From: Beijerinckiaceae bacterium
GTDB lineage: Bacteria > Pseudomonadota > Alphaproteobacteria > Rhizobiales > Beijerinckiaceae
Assembly (NCBI GenBank): GCA_947453155.1
Contig: CANGFE010000004.1
Coordinates: forward strand, 7,101-71,100
DNA length: 64,000 nucleotides
Reading direction: 5' to 3'
A program made the translations under genes and the position numbers. Numbering within the stretch: position 1 is the stretch's first letter; each line of letters opens with the position of its first letter. The notes under the pieces were generated by a model. It saw only the letters and a program-made list of their open reading frames with translations. It was not told the DNA's origin and ran no database searches. This document shows, in pieces, positions 38,940 to 49,012 of this stretch.

Positions 38940-41030
38940 TCAGCCCTTCCTTTCCAAGATCACATGACCACCGGGCGAAATGCGCCCATCAAAACTCGAC
39001 GGAACCCAGACAGTCGTCTGATCCTCCACAACGAGGGCTGGCCCATGGAATGTGGTACCCGGTGGGGACGCCTCGCGGCTGATGACTTGCGCTTCGACAA
39101 AATCACCCATTTCCGCATCAAAGACACGCGTGTGACGGATCGCTTTGGCCTGGCTCGCCGCCGCAACGCTTAAGGGCGCTGCTGTGCTGGTTTCATCGAC
39201 AGCGGAGAGAACCAGCGTCCATGTGAGCGCTTCCACCGTGAGATTAGGAATCCGCCGTCCATAATTCTTTTGATATTGCGCCTCGAAGAGTTCGGCCAAG
39301 GCCGCACCATCAACCGCCTCATAAAGACGCGCGGGAATCTCGACCGCCAATTCATGCCCCTGCCCCTTGTAGCGCATGTCGGCAAAGCGACGCTCGCGCA
39401 GAGGCCGATCAGCGGAAGCAATGCGCACAACGGCTTCAGCCTCTTTGCGCAGATCCGCAAAAACATGATTGGCGCCAGCCGCATCGAATTTGGCCAGATG
39501 CATGATTTGCGAATGGACCGCTTCATAAGCAATCGGGGCTTTCAAAAAGCCAAAGGCCGAACCCACACCCGCTGCTTTGGGCACAACCACGGTTGCCATG
39601 CCGAGCTTTTCGGCAATGCGTGCTGCATGCAACGGCCCTGCCCCGCCGGTGGCAATCAAGACGCGGCTTTCGAGTTCTTCACCGGCATCAGCGGCGTGAA
39701 CGCGCGTGGCATTGGCCATATTCTCGTCGACAATTTCGCAGACACCGCCCGCTGCATCGGCCCAAGAAATACCAGCCGGCTTGCCGACATGTTCTTCGGC
39801 TGCCTGTCGGGCTTTTTCCGTATCAAGCTTCATCGAGCCCGCGGCAAAATTATCCGGATCAAGTTTGCCAAGCAGCAAATCGGAATCCGTCACGGTCGGA
39901 CGTGTGCCACCGCGCGCATAGCAAGCGGGTCCCGGAACAGAGCCCGCACTTTCGGGGCCGACCGCAATGCGGCCCAATTCATCGACATGGGCGATGGAAC
40001 CGCCACCCGCACCGATTTCGATCATCTCGATCACCGGAATACGCAAAGGTAGACCGCTGCCTGCGAGAAAGCGATAAGCGCGCGCCACTTCCATGGAGCG
40101 CGCATGGCGCGGCTCGTAATCTGTGAGCATGATGATCTTGGCGGTCGTACCACCCATGTCGAGCGCAACCGAACGATCCGCACCGATTTCCTTCGCAACC
40201 TCACGCGCCAGAATAGCACCGCCCGCTGGACCCGATTCAACAAGGCGAATAGGCAAGCGCCGCGCGGTCTCAACCGATGTGAGCGAGCCCGATGACATAA
40301 TCATCAACAAAGGGGCAGCCACGCCCAGTTCTTTCAACGCATCTGACAATTTGCCGAGATAAGTGGACATGAGCGGCTGCACATAGGCATTGGCCGCTGT
40401 TGTCGAGGTGCGTTCATATTCACGGATCTCGGGGCAGACTTCATGCGAGAGCGAGACGAAGAGGCCCGGGCATTCGTCTGCCAAAATATCGCGCACGCGC
40501 TTTTCATGCGCGCCATTGCGATAGGCGTGCAGGAAACACACAGCAACAGATTCAATCTTCTCTTCGCGCAAACGCGCGGCCACGGCCCGCACGCTGGCCT
40601 CATCAAGCGCCAGCAGCACAGACCCATCTGCCGCCACGCGCTCCACCGCCTCAAACCGCAGAGGACGGGAAACCAAAGGCTCAGGGCGTTCGAGTTCCAG
40701 ATCATATTGATCGAAGCGGTGACCGAAGGCGAATTCCAGCGTGTCGCGGAAACCCTGCGTGGTGATCAAAGCCGTGCGCGCCCCGCGTCGCTCAATGATC
40801 GCATTCGTGGCCAGCGTCGTGCCATGAATGACGAGATCAAGCTGGGACGCAGCCACTTTCGCTTTTTCCAGCACCATACGCACGCCATTGATCACCCCCT
40901 GTTCGGGGCGATCTGGTGTGGTCAGCACTTTGCCGGATTCAAAACCCTGCGGTGTTTCGAGAACAATGTCGGTAAATGTGCCGCCAATATCCACGGCGAG
41001 CCGGTAGCCCGCTTCTTTTTCTTGCTTCAT
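38940..41030 (-). CDS. Hydantoinase A/oxoprolinase family protein
   Basis: DIGGTFTD, HGTTLATN, EYERTST, ESGPAGG, DMGGTT, IGAGGGS, PGPACY. Confidence 0.93.
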   Translation of the reverse strand: MKQEKEAGYRLAVDIGGTFTDIVLETPQGFESGKVLTTPDRPEQGVINGVRMVLEKAKVAASQLDLVIHGTTLATNAIIERRGARTALITTQGFRDTLEFAFGHRFDQYDLELERPEPLVSRPLRFEAVERVAADGSVLLALDEASVRAVAARLREEKIESVAVCFLHAYRNGAHEKRVRDILADECPGLFVSLSHEVCPEIREYERTSTTAANAYVQPLMSTYLGKLSDALKELGVAAPLLMIMSSGSLTSVETARRLPIRLVESGPAGGAILAREVAKEIGADRSVALDMGGTTAKIIMLTDYEPRHARSMEVARAYRFLAGSGLPLRIPVIEMIEIGAGGGSIAHVDELGRIAVGPESAGSVPGPACYARGGTRPTVTDSDLLLGKLDPDNFAAGSMKLDTEKARQAAEEHVGKPAGISWADAAGGVCEIVDENMANATRVHAADAGEELESRVLIATGGAGPLHAARIAEKLGMATVVVPKAAGVGSAFGFLKAPIAYEAVHSQIMHLAKFDAAGANHVFADLRKEAEAVVRIASADRPLRERRFADMRYKGQGHELAVEIPARLYEAVDGAALAELFEAQYQKNYGRRIPNLTVEALTWTLVLSAVDETSTAAPLSVAAASQAKAIRHTRVFDAEMGDFVEAQVISREASPPGTTFHGPALVVEDQTTVWVPSSFDGRISPGGHVILERKG

Positions 41031-41036
41031 TTTTTC

Positions 41037-42065
41037 TTACTTTCCGCCGGACTCAAGCGCTTCGCGTACACGCTTGACGACATCGGGTGGGGTTTGCATG
41101 GCCTTTTCGACCAATTCATTGACGCGCTCGCCGGTGATTGGGTCCACGTCGATCTTGGCGCGCTCAGCATCAGCGAGATAAGCGGGGTCTTTCATCGTCG
41201 CATCAAAGGCGCGGCGCATATAGGTGACGCGCTCTGCTGGGACACCGGGCGGCAGGAAGAAGGGCCGTCCATATTCCAGACGCCCAACCATCAGCGCCAT
41301 AGCTTGGCGATCTGATTCCGTTTTCGTCGCATCAAAAATCGTCGGCACATTGGGCAAATCAGGATGCCGCTCAAAATTGAAATGAACGATAGGGATGATT
41401 TTCCCCTCTTTGATCCAATCAGCATTGAGCGCTTTGAGGCTCAACCATGCATTCGAGCCCATGCCCTGCAATTCACCGCGCTCCATGGCCAGGTGAATAT
41501 CGGTTGTGCCCTTATAGCCGGAGATCAATTTGTATTTGAGGCCGAGCAATTTGGCGGCGACAAGCGGATATTCGAATTGCGTCGTGCCAGGAGTTGTCGC
41601 ACCCACCACAACTTCTGTCTTCATCAGATCGGCAAGATTTTTCACCGGCGCCGTGTGCCAGACATAAGTGATCTGCGTGTCGCGATTGGATGAGCCGAGC
41701 CAGGAAAATTTGCGCGGATCGAATTGAACAACCTCGGGCGTGAACAGAGCCGATGTCGGCATGCCGTTAATGGCAGCACCAAAAACAGTGCCATCTTTTG
41801 GCACCGTATTGTAAATCTGATTGGCCATAGCGACCGAACCCGCACCCTGCTGGTTCTGCACGATGATATTCACGCCTTGGCTCAAATGCGTCGCGTAATA
41901 GCGCGCGAAAACGCGCGCATTCACATCATAGCCCGAGCCCGCGGCCGAACCGACAATGAGCCGCAGCTGCTTGTCTTGAAAGAAGGCCGCTTCATTCGCC
42001 ACCGCAGGCAGCGAACATGGCAAGAGCGAGCTGAAGAGCGCAAGGATCCGCGCGGAATGCCCCAT
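41037..42065 (-). CDS. Bug/TctC-family substrate-binding protein
   Basis: IVGSAAGSGYD, N..GAGS, KDGT, GYKG...LAMERGE, PNVPT. Confidence 0.88.
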   Translation of the reverse strand: MGHSARILALFSSLLPCSLPAVANEAAFFQDKQLRLIVGSAAGSGYDVNARVFARYYATHLSQGVNIIVQNQQGAGSVAMANQIYNTVPKDGTVFGAAINGMPTSALFTPEVVQFDPRKFSWLGSSNRDTQITYVWHTAPVKNLADLMKTEVVVGATTPGTTQFEYPLVAAKLLGLKYKLISGYKGTTDIHLAMERGELQGMGSNAWLSLKALNADWIKEGKIIPIVHFNFERHPDLPNVPTIFDATKTESDRQAMALMVGRLEYGRPFFLPPGVPAERVTYMRRAFDATMKDPAYLADAERAKIDVDPITGERVNELVEKAMQTPPDVVKRVREALESGGK

Positions 42066-42141
42066 ATGTTCCTCCCAAGATGCAGGCTCTTATTGGGCCC
42101 GTCATATTGAAACCATAACAAAACCAGCCCCGTTGGAAAGC

Positions 42142-42855
42142 TCAACTTGGGCGAAGCGTGTCAAAAACCCGGCCCGGTGGGCGCTTATCCCCCTGCCAGC
42201 CGATCTGGCGCAGGCTTTCAAAAATCACCGCCTGATTGCTGGTGATCATCGGCACGCCAAGCTTGCGCTCAACCTCCTCCACGATGGCAATGCCCTGCAC
42301 ATTGGCGCAGGAGAGGAACGTCGCCTGCGCACCGCATCCGGCGGTTTCCATCATGCGCTCGAGCCATGTCTGGGGTGGTGTCGAACAATAGGCGTCACTC
42401 CCGCCCAAGGCCCAGCCCCTGGCATAGGGCACGCGAAAGCCGCGCTCTTCGAGAAAATGCACTTCGTGATCAGTGACCTTCTGATCATAGGGCGTCACCA
42501 AGGAGACGCTCGACGCCTGCAAGGCGCGCAAAGCCTCTATAATCGCGGTGGATGTTGTCGCCACACGCGGTGCGCCGGCTTTCTTGATCGTCTCCAAAAG
42601 ACGCGTCTCGCCATCCGATCCTTCCGACATGGAATTAGCGGTGCAGTGAAAGACAATCACATCGCATTTGGCATCGGCGAGAGCGGCAGCCGCGGCCTCC
42701 ACTTCGGGCAGAAGATCGCCGATGGTTTTGCGGTTGGAGCCCGTCATGCGCAGGCGCGTGATGTGCGGCACAACATTTTCGGGAAAGAAGCGCACCATTT
42801 CTTGCTCGACCATGCGGTTCGATGACGGAATGATGAGGCCGACACGGGCCACCAT
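42142..42855 (-). CDS. Maleate isomerase / Asp-Glu racemase family protein
   Basis: GLIIPSSN..VEQE, FHCT, VTPY, LSCAN, ITSNQA; both catalytic Cys present. Confidence 0.88.
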   Translation of the reverse strand: MVARVGLIIPSSNRMVEQEMVRFFPENVVPHITRLRMTGSNRKTIGDLLPEVEAAAAALADAKCDVIVFHCTANSMSEGSDGETRLLETIKKAGAPRVATTSTAIIEALRALQASSVSLVTPYDQKVTDHEVHFLEERGFRVPYARGWALGGSDAYCSTPPQTWLERMMETAGCGAQATFLSCANVQGIAIVEEVERKLGVPMITSNQAVIFESLRQIGWQGDKRPPGRVFDTLRPS

Positions 42856-43009
42856 AGAATCCTCCCCCTCTAAGTCTTTTTCGACATGCTAGGGCGAGAG
42901 GGTGCCCCCGGCAACTGCGGGCGGTTTGACGGGCCCCCGCTCCTCAGACTAGCCTCAGATCAGAATGAGCGTCGGCCCAACGAGACCAGACGCCGCGAGG
43001 GAGGACGAT

Positions 43010-44056
43010 ATGCGCAAGGCCTTTGCATTGGTCGGGTTCGCATCAGCCATGATTTTGGGCGCCACGCCCCAGAGCCGCGCGGCCGATCCGGTGGCGGATT
43101 TTTACACGGGCAAAACCATCACACATATTGTCGGCGCAGGTGCGGGCGGCGCTTACGACCTCGTGTCGCGCGCTGTGGTTGCGCATATGGGCAAATATAT
43201 TCCGGGCAAACCGAATTTCGTCGTCTCGAATATGGCCGGCGCCTCCAGCCTGACGATGATGAATTACCTCACCAATGCCGCCAAGAAAGACGGCTCGGTG
43301 ATGGGCATGACCAATCCCAATATTGCGCTCGAAGGCCCTCTGAAAATGCTGTCCAAAGGCGGCGGCAAGGCCATGTTCGATGTGAACAAGCTGCAATGGA
43401 TCGGCTCGCCCCTGCAGCAGCCGCATGTTTTGTGGGTCTGGCACACAGCGCCTGCCAAAACATTTGATGATTTGCGCACCAACAAAGTCATTCTGGCCTC
43501 AACGGCAGTGGGTGGTGACAATTACACTTTGCCGCTCATCCTCTCGCGCCTGATGGGCGCCAAGTTTGACATTGTGACGGGCTATGAAGGTCAGAATGAT
43601 GTCTTCATCGCCACCGAGCGCGGTGAAGTGCAAGGCAATAGCGCCATTCTGCCCAATCTCACCTCCGCGCGTCCCGATTGGTTCCGCGATGGCAAAGTGC
43701 GCGTGCTGGTGCAATTCGGCACCAACCGCATGCGCCAATTGCCGGATGTCCCAACCGCGATTGAACTGGCCACCCGCGAACAAGACAAAGACATGCTGCG
43801 CTTCTATGCGCGCAAATTCTCGATGGCCTATCCGTTTGTCATGACGCAAGAGGTGCCAGCCGATCGCGTGAAAGCCATGCGCGTCGCCTTCGAGCAGACC
43901 ATGAAGGATGAGGGCTTTTTGAAAGAGGCCTCGCGCCTCGGCCTCGATGTCGACCCCTTCTCGGGCGCCGAAATGGAACAGCTCATCACCGAGATGAACA
44001 ATAGCCCCAAAGCCATTGTTGATGCGGTGGCCGAGTTTATTCAAATGCCGAAGTGA
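43010..44056 (+). CDS. Bug/TctC-family substrate-binding protein
   Basis: GGAGG RBS; signal peptide; FYTGKTI...GGAYD, NMAGAS, KDGS, ERGEVQG, PDVPT. Confidence 0.9.
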   Translation: MRKAFALVGFASAMILGATPQSRAADPVADFYTGKTITHIVGAGAGGAYDLVSRAVVAHMGKYIPGKPNFVVSNMAGASSLTMMNYLTNAAKKDGSVMGMTNPNIALEGPLKMLSKGGGKAMFDVNKLQWIGSPLQQPHVLWVWHTAPAKTFDDLRTNKVILASTAVGGDNYTLPLILSRLMGAKFDIVTGYEGQNDVFIATERGEVQGNSAILPNLTSARPDWFRDGKVRVLVQFGTNRMRQLPDVPTAIELATREQDKDMLRFYARKFSMAYPFVMTQEVPADRVKAMRVAFEQTMKDEGFLKEASRLGLDVDPFSGAEMEQLITEMNNSPKAIVDAVAEFIQMPK

Positions 44057-44062
44057 GAAGAA

Positions 44063-44109
44063 TGGCGCGCCAGAGAGAATGAAGATGATAACTCCTATGT
44101 CATTGATTT
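44063..44109 (-). mobile_element. Probable att-site remnant (degenerate tRNA-Arg-like 3' end) at an island boundary
   Basis: Minus strand ATTCTCTCTGGCGCGCCA resembles a tRNA 3' end with CCA; adjacent GTCATTGATTT; accessory content to the right. Confidence 0.45.
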
Positions 44110-44610
44110 GAAGCTGGAATGAGGACGTAGAGAATGCCTTTACCCGAAAGGAATGGCGTTAAGCTGGCAGCGGGGATCAGCAACTACCGAGGTTTGATGT
44201 GCCGGGTTCAACCTACAACTCGATCCGTAACGGAGAGCCCGGCCGAGCAGAGTCCCTCCAATCGTAGCCCAGAATTTCATGTGCCAGATGAGCCGCCCCG
44301 ACTGGACGGCTGAAATCATCTCCGGCTAGATCGGCAATCTGGCGCACGAGCGCTGCAATTGATGGCGCCAGACGCCTTTGTCGAGGCAGGTATTATTTTC
44401 GCGACCTGTGCGGAAATGACCACTAAGTTGAAGGGCCCTTCTGGTCACACGCACTTGTCCGCGGCCAACAGCGGTTACTGTCCTTGCTGCACCTTGACAA
44501 AAGTACGCCCATTTTCGCCAGCTGGAATTCCAACGCGTCACGATCGGCAGGAAATCCCTTTTTCGCGCCAAATACAAATTCAATATGAGTCTGCATGGGA
44601 ACTAACCCCT

Positions 44611-45027
44611 TCAGCCTCCGTCAGCGATGAAGCCCGCGGCTGCAATACCCTCAATGGCGATAATCTCATCATTGTCGGATGTTTCACCCGACACGCCGAC
44701 TGCGCCGATGATCTGGCCGTTGCTATCGCGCACCAGAACCCCCCCGGGCACGGGCACGAGCATGCCGCCGACAGCATGCGTCACGGCGGCGAGAAAATGA
44801 GGTGCGCGCTTGGAAATATCGCGCGACCCAATCCCCATTGCAATGCAGCCATGGGCCTTGCCGATCGCAATCTCTGCGCGTTTCGTGCTGGTGCCATCTT
44901 CCGAAAGGACTGCGCGAATGGCGCCACGATCATCGAGAACCACAATCGCAACGGGCTGGAAATTGCGGCTGCGTGCGACGTCACGCGACACATCGAGGAT
45001 CTTGCGGGCGATTTCATAATTCATCAC
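44611..45027 (-). CDS. GlcG/HbpS family heme-binding protein
   Basis: AIVVLDDRG, IAIGKA, PGGVLV...IIGAVGVSG..SDNDE. Confidence 0.9.
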   Translation of the reverse strand: MMNYEIARKILDVSRDVARSRNFQPVAIVVLDDRGAIRAVLSEDGTSTKRAEIAIGKAHGCIAMGIGSRDISKRAPHFLAAVTHAVGGMLVPVPGGVLVRDSNGQIIGAVGVSGETSDNDEIIAIEGIAAAGFIADGG

Positions 45028-45056
45028 AACCTCATCACCTTCGAAACTGTCAGCGG

Positions 45057-46175
45057 TTACTTGATGCGGAAGCGATCAAGATTATCCAGATCGACTTCGA
45101 TACCAAGTCCCGGCTTGTTGCCGAGGAAACTTTTGCCCTCTGTCAGGCCTAGCGGGTGCTTGACGAGATCGGCTGCGAGATAAGCATGGGTGAGGCTGAC
45201 GCCCCACTCGACTGACGGCACAATCGACGCCAGATGCATGATGGCCGATGACGCAATGCTGGATTCAGCAACCTTGGCCGCGACGATGATCTTCATCCCA
45301 TGCTCATCGCAAATGTCCGCCGCATGAAGCGCAGCTGTTACGCCTCCCAGTTTGTTCAATTTGAGCGCGATACCCGACACACCGCAGGCCGATTGAAGAT
45401 GAATATCAGCCATGTCATGGACGCTCTGATCGGCGCAGATTGGGATCGAGCCGTCAGCCGCCAAAGCCTTCAGCGAGACAAGATCCTTGCGCGGGAAAGG
45501 CTGCTCGATGAAGTCGACGCGAGCAGCCAATGTTGCCGCTATATACTTTCGGGCGCCCGCCAGATCATAGCCGGAATTGGCATCGATACAGATCTTGCTG
45601 TCGGCCCCTAGCAGATCGCGCAGGCGCAGCGTCGCCTCAATTTCCTGATCGATGGACTGGGTTCCGCCCTTGAGCTTGAAGGAGCGGTAGCCTTTTTCAT
45701 GACGAGACTTTGCGTCTGCCAGATCGGCATCCACGGAGCCATTCCCAAGGATCCACATCGGCTCAACATGATCGCGGCACATGCCGCCGATAAACATTGA
45801 AAACGGTACATGAAATCGCTGGCCCAGAAGATCAATCAGGGCGATTTCGACCGCCGAGATCGAGCCCGTGGCGCCATAGATATTGGCCTCGATATGGCTC
45901 AGCAGTTTGGCGCGCAGCCGCGCATCGCGCCCCACCAGCAACGGCGCGATATAGGTTTCGACAAGCGACACCATCCCTTGCCATGTCTCGCCGGTGAGGC
46001 TGGGTGCGGAGGCCGCCTCGCCCCAACCCACAAAACCGTCGTCGGACTCGATCCGGACAATGACATTCTCGACCGTTTCAAAGACGGCATGCGCCATCTT
46101 GATCGGCTTCGTCAGCGGCAAGGCGACGGCGAATGCCTTAACTGATTTGATGATGACTTTTTCGGCTGGAAGCAT
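45057..46175 (-). CDS. Enolase superfamily, muconate-lactonizing-enzyme subgroup protein
   Basis: GWGEA, FKLK (KxK), DAN, EQP, ADQS, LKLNKLGG, PGLGIEVD. Confidence 0.88.
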   Translation of the reverse strand: MLPAEKVIIKSVKAFAVALPLTKPIKMAHAVFETVENVIVRIESDDGFVGWGEAASAPSLTGETWQGMVSLVETYIAPLLVGRDARLRAKLLSHIEANIYGATGSISAVEIALIDLLGQRFHVPFSMFIGGMCRDHVEPMWILGNGSVDADLADAKSRHEKGYRSFKLKGGTQSIDQEIEATLRLRDLLGADSKICIDANSGYDLAGARKYIAATLAARVDFIEQPFPRKDLVSLKALAADGSIPICADQSVHDMADIHLQSACGVSGIALKLNKLGGVTAALHAADICDEHGMKIIVAAKVAESSIASSAIMHLASIVPSVEWGVSLTHAYLAADLVKHPLGLTEGKSFLGNKPGLGIEVDLDNLDRFRIK

Positions 46176-46196
46176 GATCAGACCTGACTTGAATTT

Positions 46197-47318
46197 TTAG
46201 ACCTTGACGACAAGACAATCAGATTCATTGACGGCGACATGCACCTGCTCGCCGACGTCATAATGCGTGCTGACGTCGCAATCGGCTTTCATCTGCAAGT
46301 CGCCAACACGCAGGCCATATTCGATATAGGTGCCAAAGAAGACCTTGGACTCGATGGCGCCGGTTAACATATGCATTCCAGGCCCTGCATGATCGACCAC
46401 TTGCGAGATCTTGATCTTGTTCGACCGGATGACGACAGCCATTTCCGTCCCAACCCGCGGCACGTCGCCATGGTGCTGACCAGAGAGCGTGATCCCGGAT
46501 GCCACAGTAAGTGAGATCCGGCCATCATCCGAGGGAGCGCTCATGCGCCCCTTGAAAATGTTCGAGCAGCCCAGAAAGCGCGCGGTAAAGACTGTTTTCG
46601 GTTGCGCAAAAACCTCTTCGGGACGACCGATCTGATCGATCCGCCCCCCGTTCATGACGATAACTTCGTCAGACAGCGACAGGGCTTCTCTCTGGTCATG
46701 CGTCACATAAATGGCGGTAAAGCCGATGCGTGCCTGAAGTTCCTGCAGCTCGTTGCGCATATGGTCGCGAAGGTTTGCATCGAGATTAGAAAGCGGCTCG
46801 TCGAACAAAACGACGTTGGGCTCGAAGACCAGCGCACGGGCCAAGGCAACACGCTGCTGCTGCCCACCACTCAATTGCGATGCCGGACGATCCAGGTAAT
46901 CGCCAAGCCCAACAGATTTCAAAATCTCTGCGACGCGATCCCTGCGCTCCTTGTGCGGGAGCTTCTTGATATCGAGCGGAAAGCGGACATTTTGCCCGAC
47001 CGTCATATGCGGCCAGATGGCATAGGACTGGAACACCATTCCGACGTTTCGCTTTTCAGGCTCAAGCTCAAACCTGCTTGCGCCGTCAAAGACCATGGTG
47101 TCGCCGATGTGGATTGAACCCGATGTCGGCTCTTCAAGGCCTGCGATACAGCGCAATGTCGTTGTCTTGCCGCAGCCGCTGGGGCCGAGCAGCGTTACTG
47201 TATCGCCACGTTTGACGGTGAATGAGACATCGTCAATGACCGTGATCGAACCGAACTTCTTCGTCAGATTCTTGATCTGAACCGCGTTCTGCGACGTCTT
47301 TTCTTGTGCCGACATCAA
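46197..47318 (-). CDS. ABC transporter ATP-binding protein (PotA/FbpC-like, TOBE)
   Basis: [40 protein letters not shown]. Confidence 0.92.
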   Translation of the reverse strand: MMSAQEKTSQNAVQIKNLTKKFGSITVIDDVSFTVKRGDTVTLLGPSGCGKTTTLRCIAGLEEPTSGSIHIGDTMVFDGASRFELEPEKRNVGMVFQSYAIWPHMTVGQNVRFPLDIKKLPHKERRDRVAEILKSVGLGDYLDRPASQLSGGQQQRVALARALVFEPNVVLFDEPLSNLDANLRDHMRNELQELQARIGFTAIYVTHDQREALSLSDEVIVMNGGRIDQIGRPEEVFAQPKTVFTARFLGCSNIFKGRMSAPSDDGRISLTVASGITLSGQHHGDVPRVGTEMAVVIRSNKIKISQVVDHAGPGMHMLTGAIESKVFFGTYIEYGLRVGDLQMKADCDVSTHYDVGEQVHVAVNESDCLVVKV

Positions 47319-49012
47319 TGGGCGCCCTTATTGGATGAAGTTCTGTTCGTCACCAGCCGAAGCAGAATAACCGCGCCCATCAAAAGCAGCGTTTGCAGCA
47401 CACCGAAGGCGGCTGAAATTCCGTAGGGCTTGTATTCCATGATCCTGATGAGGGCAATGGACAGCGTTTCCGTGCCCAATGTGTAGAGCATGACAGAGGC
47501 GCTCACTTCGCGAATGAATGTCACGAATAGCAAGATCCATGTTGAAATCATTCCAGGCGCGAGCAAGGGAAACATGATCTTGCGCATCGCCTCGGACCAG
47601 CTGGCCCCCGACATACGCGCTGATTCATCAAGCTCCTTAGAGACCGATTGAACGAGCGCCTCCATATTGCTCAAACCCGTTGGCAGGTAATGAACAATAT
47701 AGGCGAACATGATGATCCAGATCGTTCCATAAAGCGGCGTGCTGATGAAGCCAACGAGAAACCCGAGACCCAGAACAATGCCGGGAATGGCCACGGGAAG
47801 CGTAGAAATCAGCGAGATGACCTTGCGCCCCGGCAGCTTTGTCTTCTGAACGATCAATGCCAGGAAGAAGCAAACCGCAATCGCGATTGTGGCCCCAACG
47901 GAAGAAATGATGAGACTGTTCGAGAACCCACGCCTTGCGGCATCTTCCACAAAAAGAACGGCGAGATAATTATTGAAGGTGAGCCGGCTCCAATGGAAAG
48001 ATCCAGTCCAGGCATCCTGCAGGGAAACGGCGCAGAGCGCTGTAAAAGGCAGGAAGATCAGCACGACATAAAACAGGTTCACCCCGAATCCGAACCATCG
48101 CCACCGCCCCAGCTTCAACGGCCGCGGCCGGTAGCCCTTTCCGGTGATCGTGGCGAAGGATTTGTTTTTCAGGAACCTGATCTGCAGCACGATCAATGCA
48201 GCGGTGAACAGAAACAACAACAGACTTAAGAGAGCGGCAGTCGGATAATCGGCCGGATAATCATTCATCGCGCGATAGATGATGGTGGAAATTGTCGTGA
48301 TGTGACCGGGCGTTCCTAAAACCTGCGGGACACCGAAAATGCCTGCACATGTCACAAAGACCAGCATGAACGACGACAGAATGGCGGGCGCCGAAAGCGG
48401 AAGCGTGATCTTGAACGCTGTGTTGAGGATCGACGAGCCCGCCATGCGCGCCGCCTCCTCCAACGAGGCATCCATGCTGCGCAGGCTTTCTAGCGTGAAG
48501 AGATAGATGTAGGGCGCGTAGAAAAGACCAAGCACGAAAGCAATGCCGGTGATTGAGTAAATGTTCACGACCGGTCCGGCACCAAAGACCGGCTCGAGCA
48601 GCTTGTTGAGCAAGCCGATCTTTGGCGACGCAATCACCTGCCAACTCAGCGCGCCGACCACGCTGGAGAGATAGAAAGGCAGCATGTTGAGCGGGTCGAG
48701 AACCTTTGCAAAAGGCATGTCGGTGCGAGCGACAAGCCATGCCAGCGTGACCCCGAGCGAGCCTGCGATCAACGTCGCCAGAACACTGATCTGCAGCGTA
48801 TTGCCGATCGCGAGCACGACGTCGCGATCGGTCAGGACGCTCCCGGCATGAGCGAAGAATCCCTCCGACGCGTTGAAGAGAGACTCGTAAAGGATCATCA
48901 GCATCGGATAAATGATGCTGACAAGAAGCATGGCATAGATCAGGACAAGCAGCCCCCGACGCTGAATATGCCGGGAGCTGGCGTGCGGCAGCAACGTGGA
49001 TGCTTCACTCAT
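47315..49012 (-). CDS. ABC transporter permease (fused duplicated domain, FbpB-like)
   Basis: Two EAA loops (LEEAARMAG; LDESARMSGA). Confidence 0.9.
   Translation of the reverse strand: MSEASTLLPHASSRHIQRRGLLVLIYAMLLVSIIYPMLMILYESLFNASEGFFAHAGSVLTDRDVVLAIGNTLQISVLATLIAGSLGVTLAWLVARTDMPFAKVLDPLNMLPFYLSSVVGALSWQVIASPKIGLLNKLLEPVFGAGPVVNIYSITGIAFVLGLFYAPYIYLFTLESLRSMDASLEEAARMAGSSILNTAFKITLPLSAPAILSSFMLVFVTCAGIFGVPQVLGTPGHITTISTIIYRAMNDYPADYPTAALLSLLLFLFTAALIVLQIRFLKNKSFATITGKGYRPRPLKLGRWRWFGFGVNLFYVVLIFLPFTALCAVSLQDAWTGSFHWSRLTFNNYLAVLFVEDAARRGFSNSLIISSVGATIAIAVCFFLALIVQKTKLPGRKVISLISTLPVAIPGIVLGLGFLVGFISTPLYGTIWIIMFAYIVHYLPTGLSNMEALVQSVSKELDESARMSGASWSEAMRKIMFPLLAPGMISTWILLFVTFIREVSASVMLYTLGTETLSIALIRIMEYKPYGISAAFGVLQTLLLMGAVILLRLVTNRTSSNKGAH

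Noticed and set aside
44359-45183. 274-aa plus-strand ORF at the island edge, considered as a possible integrase or transposase remnant
   Set aside because: Mostly antisense to GlcG; no recombinase or DDE motifs recognised
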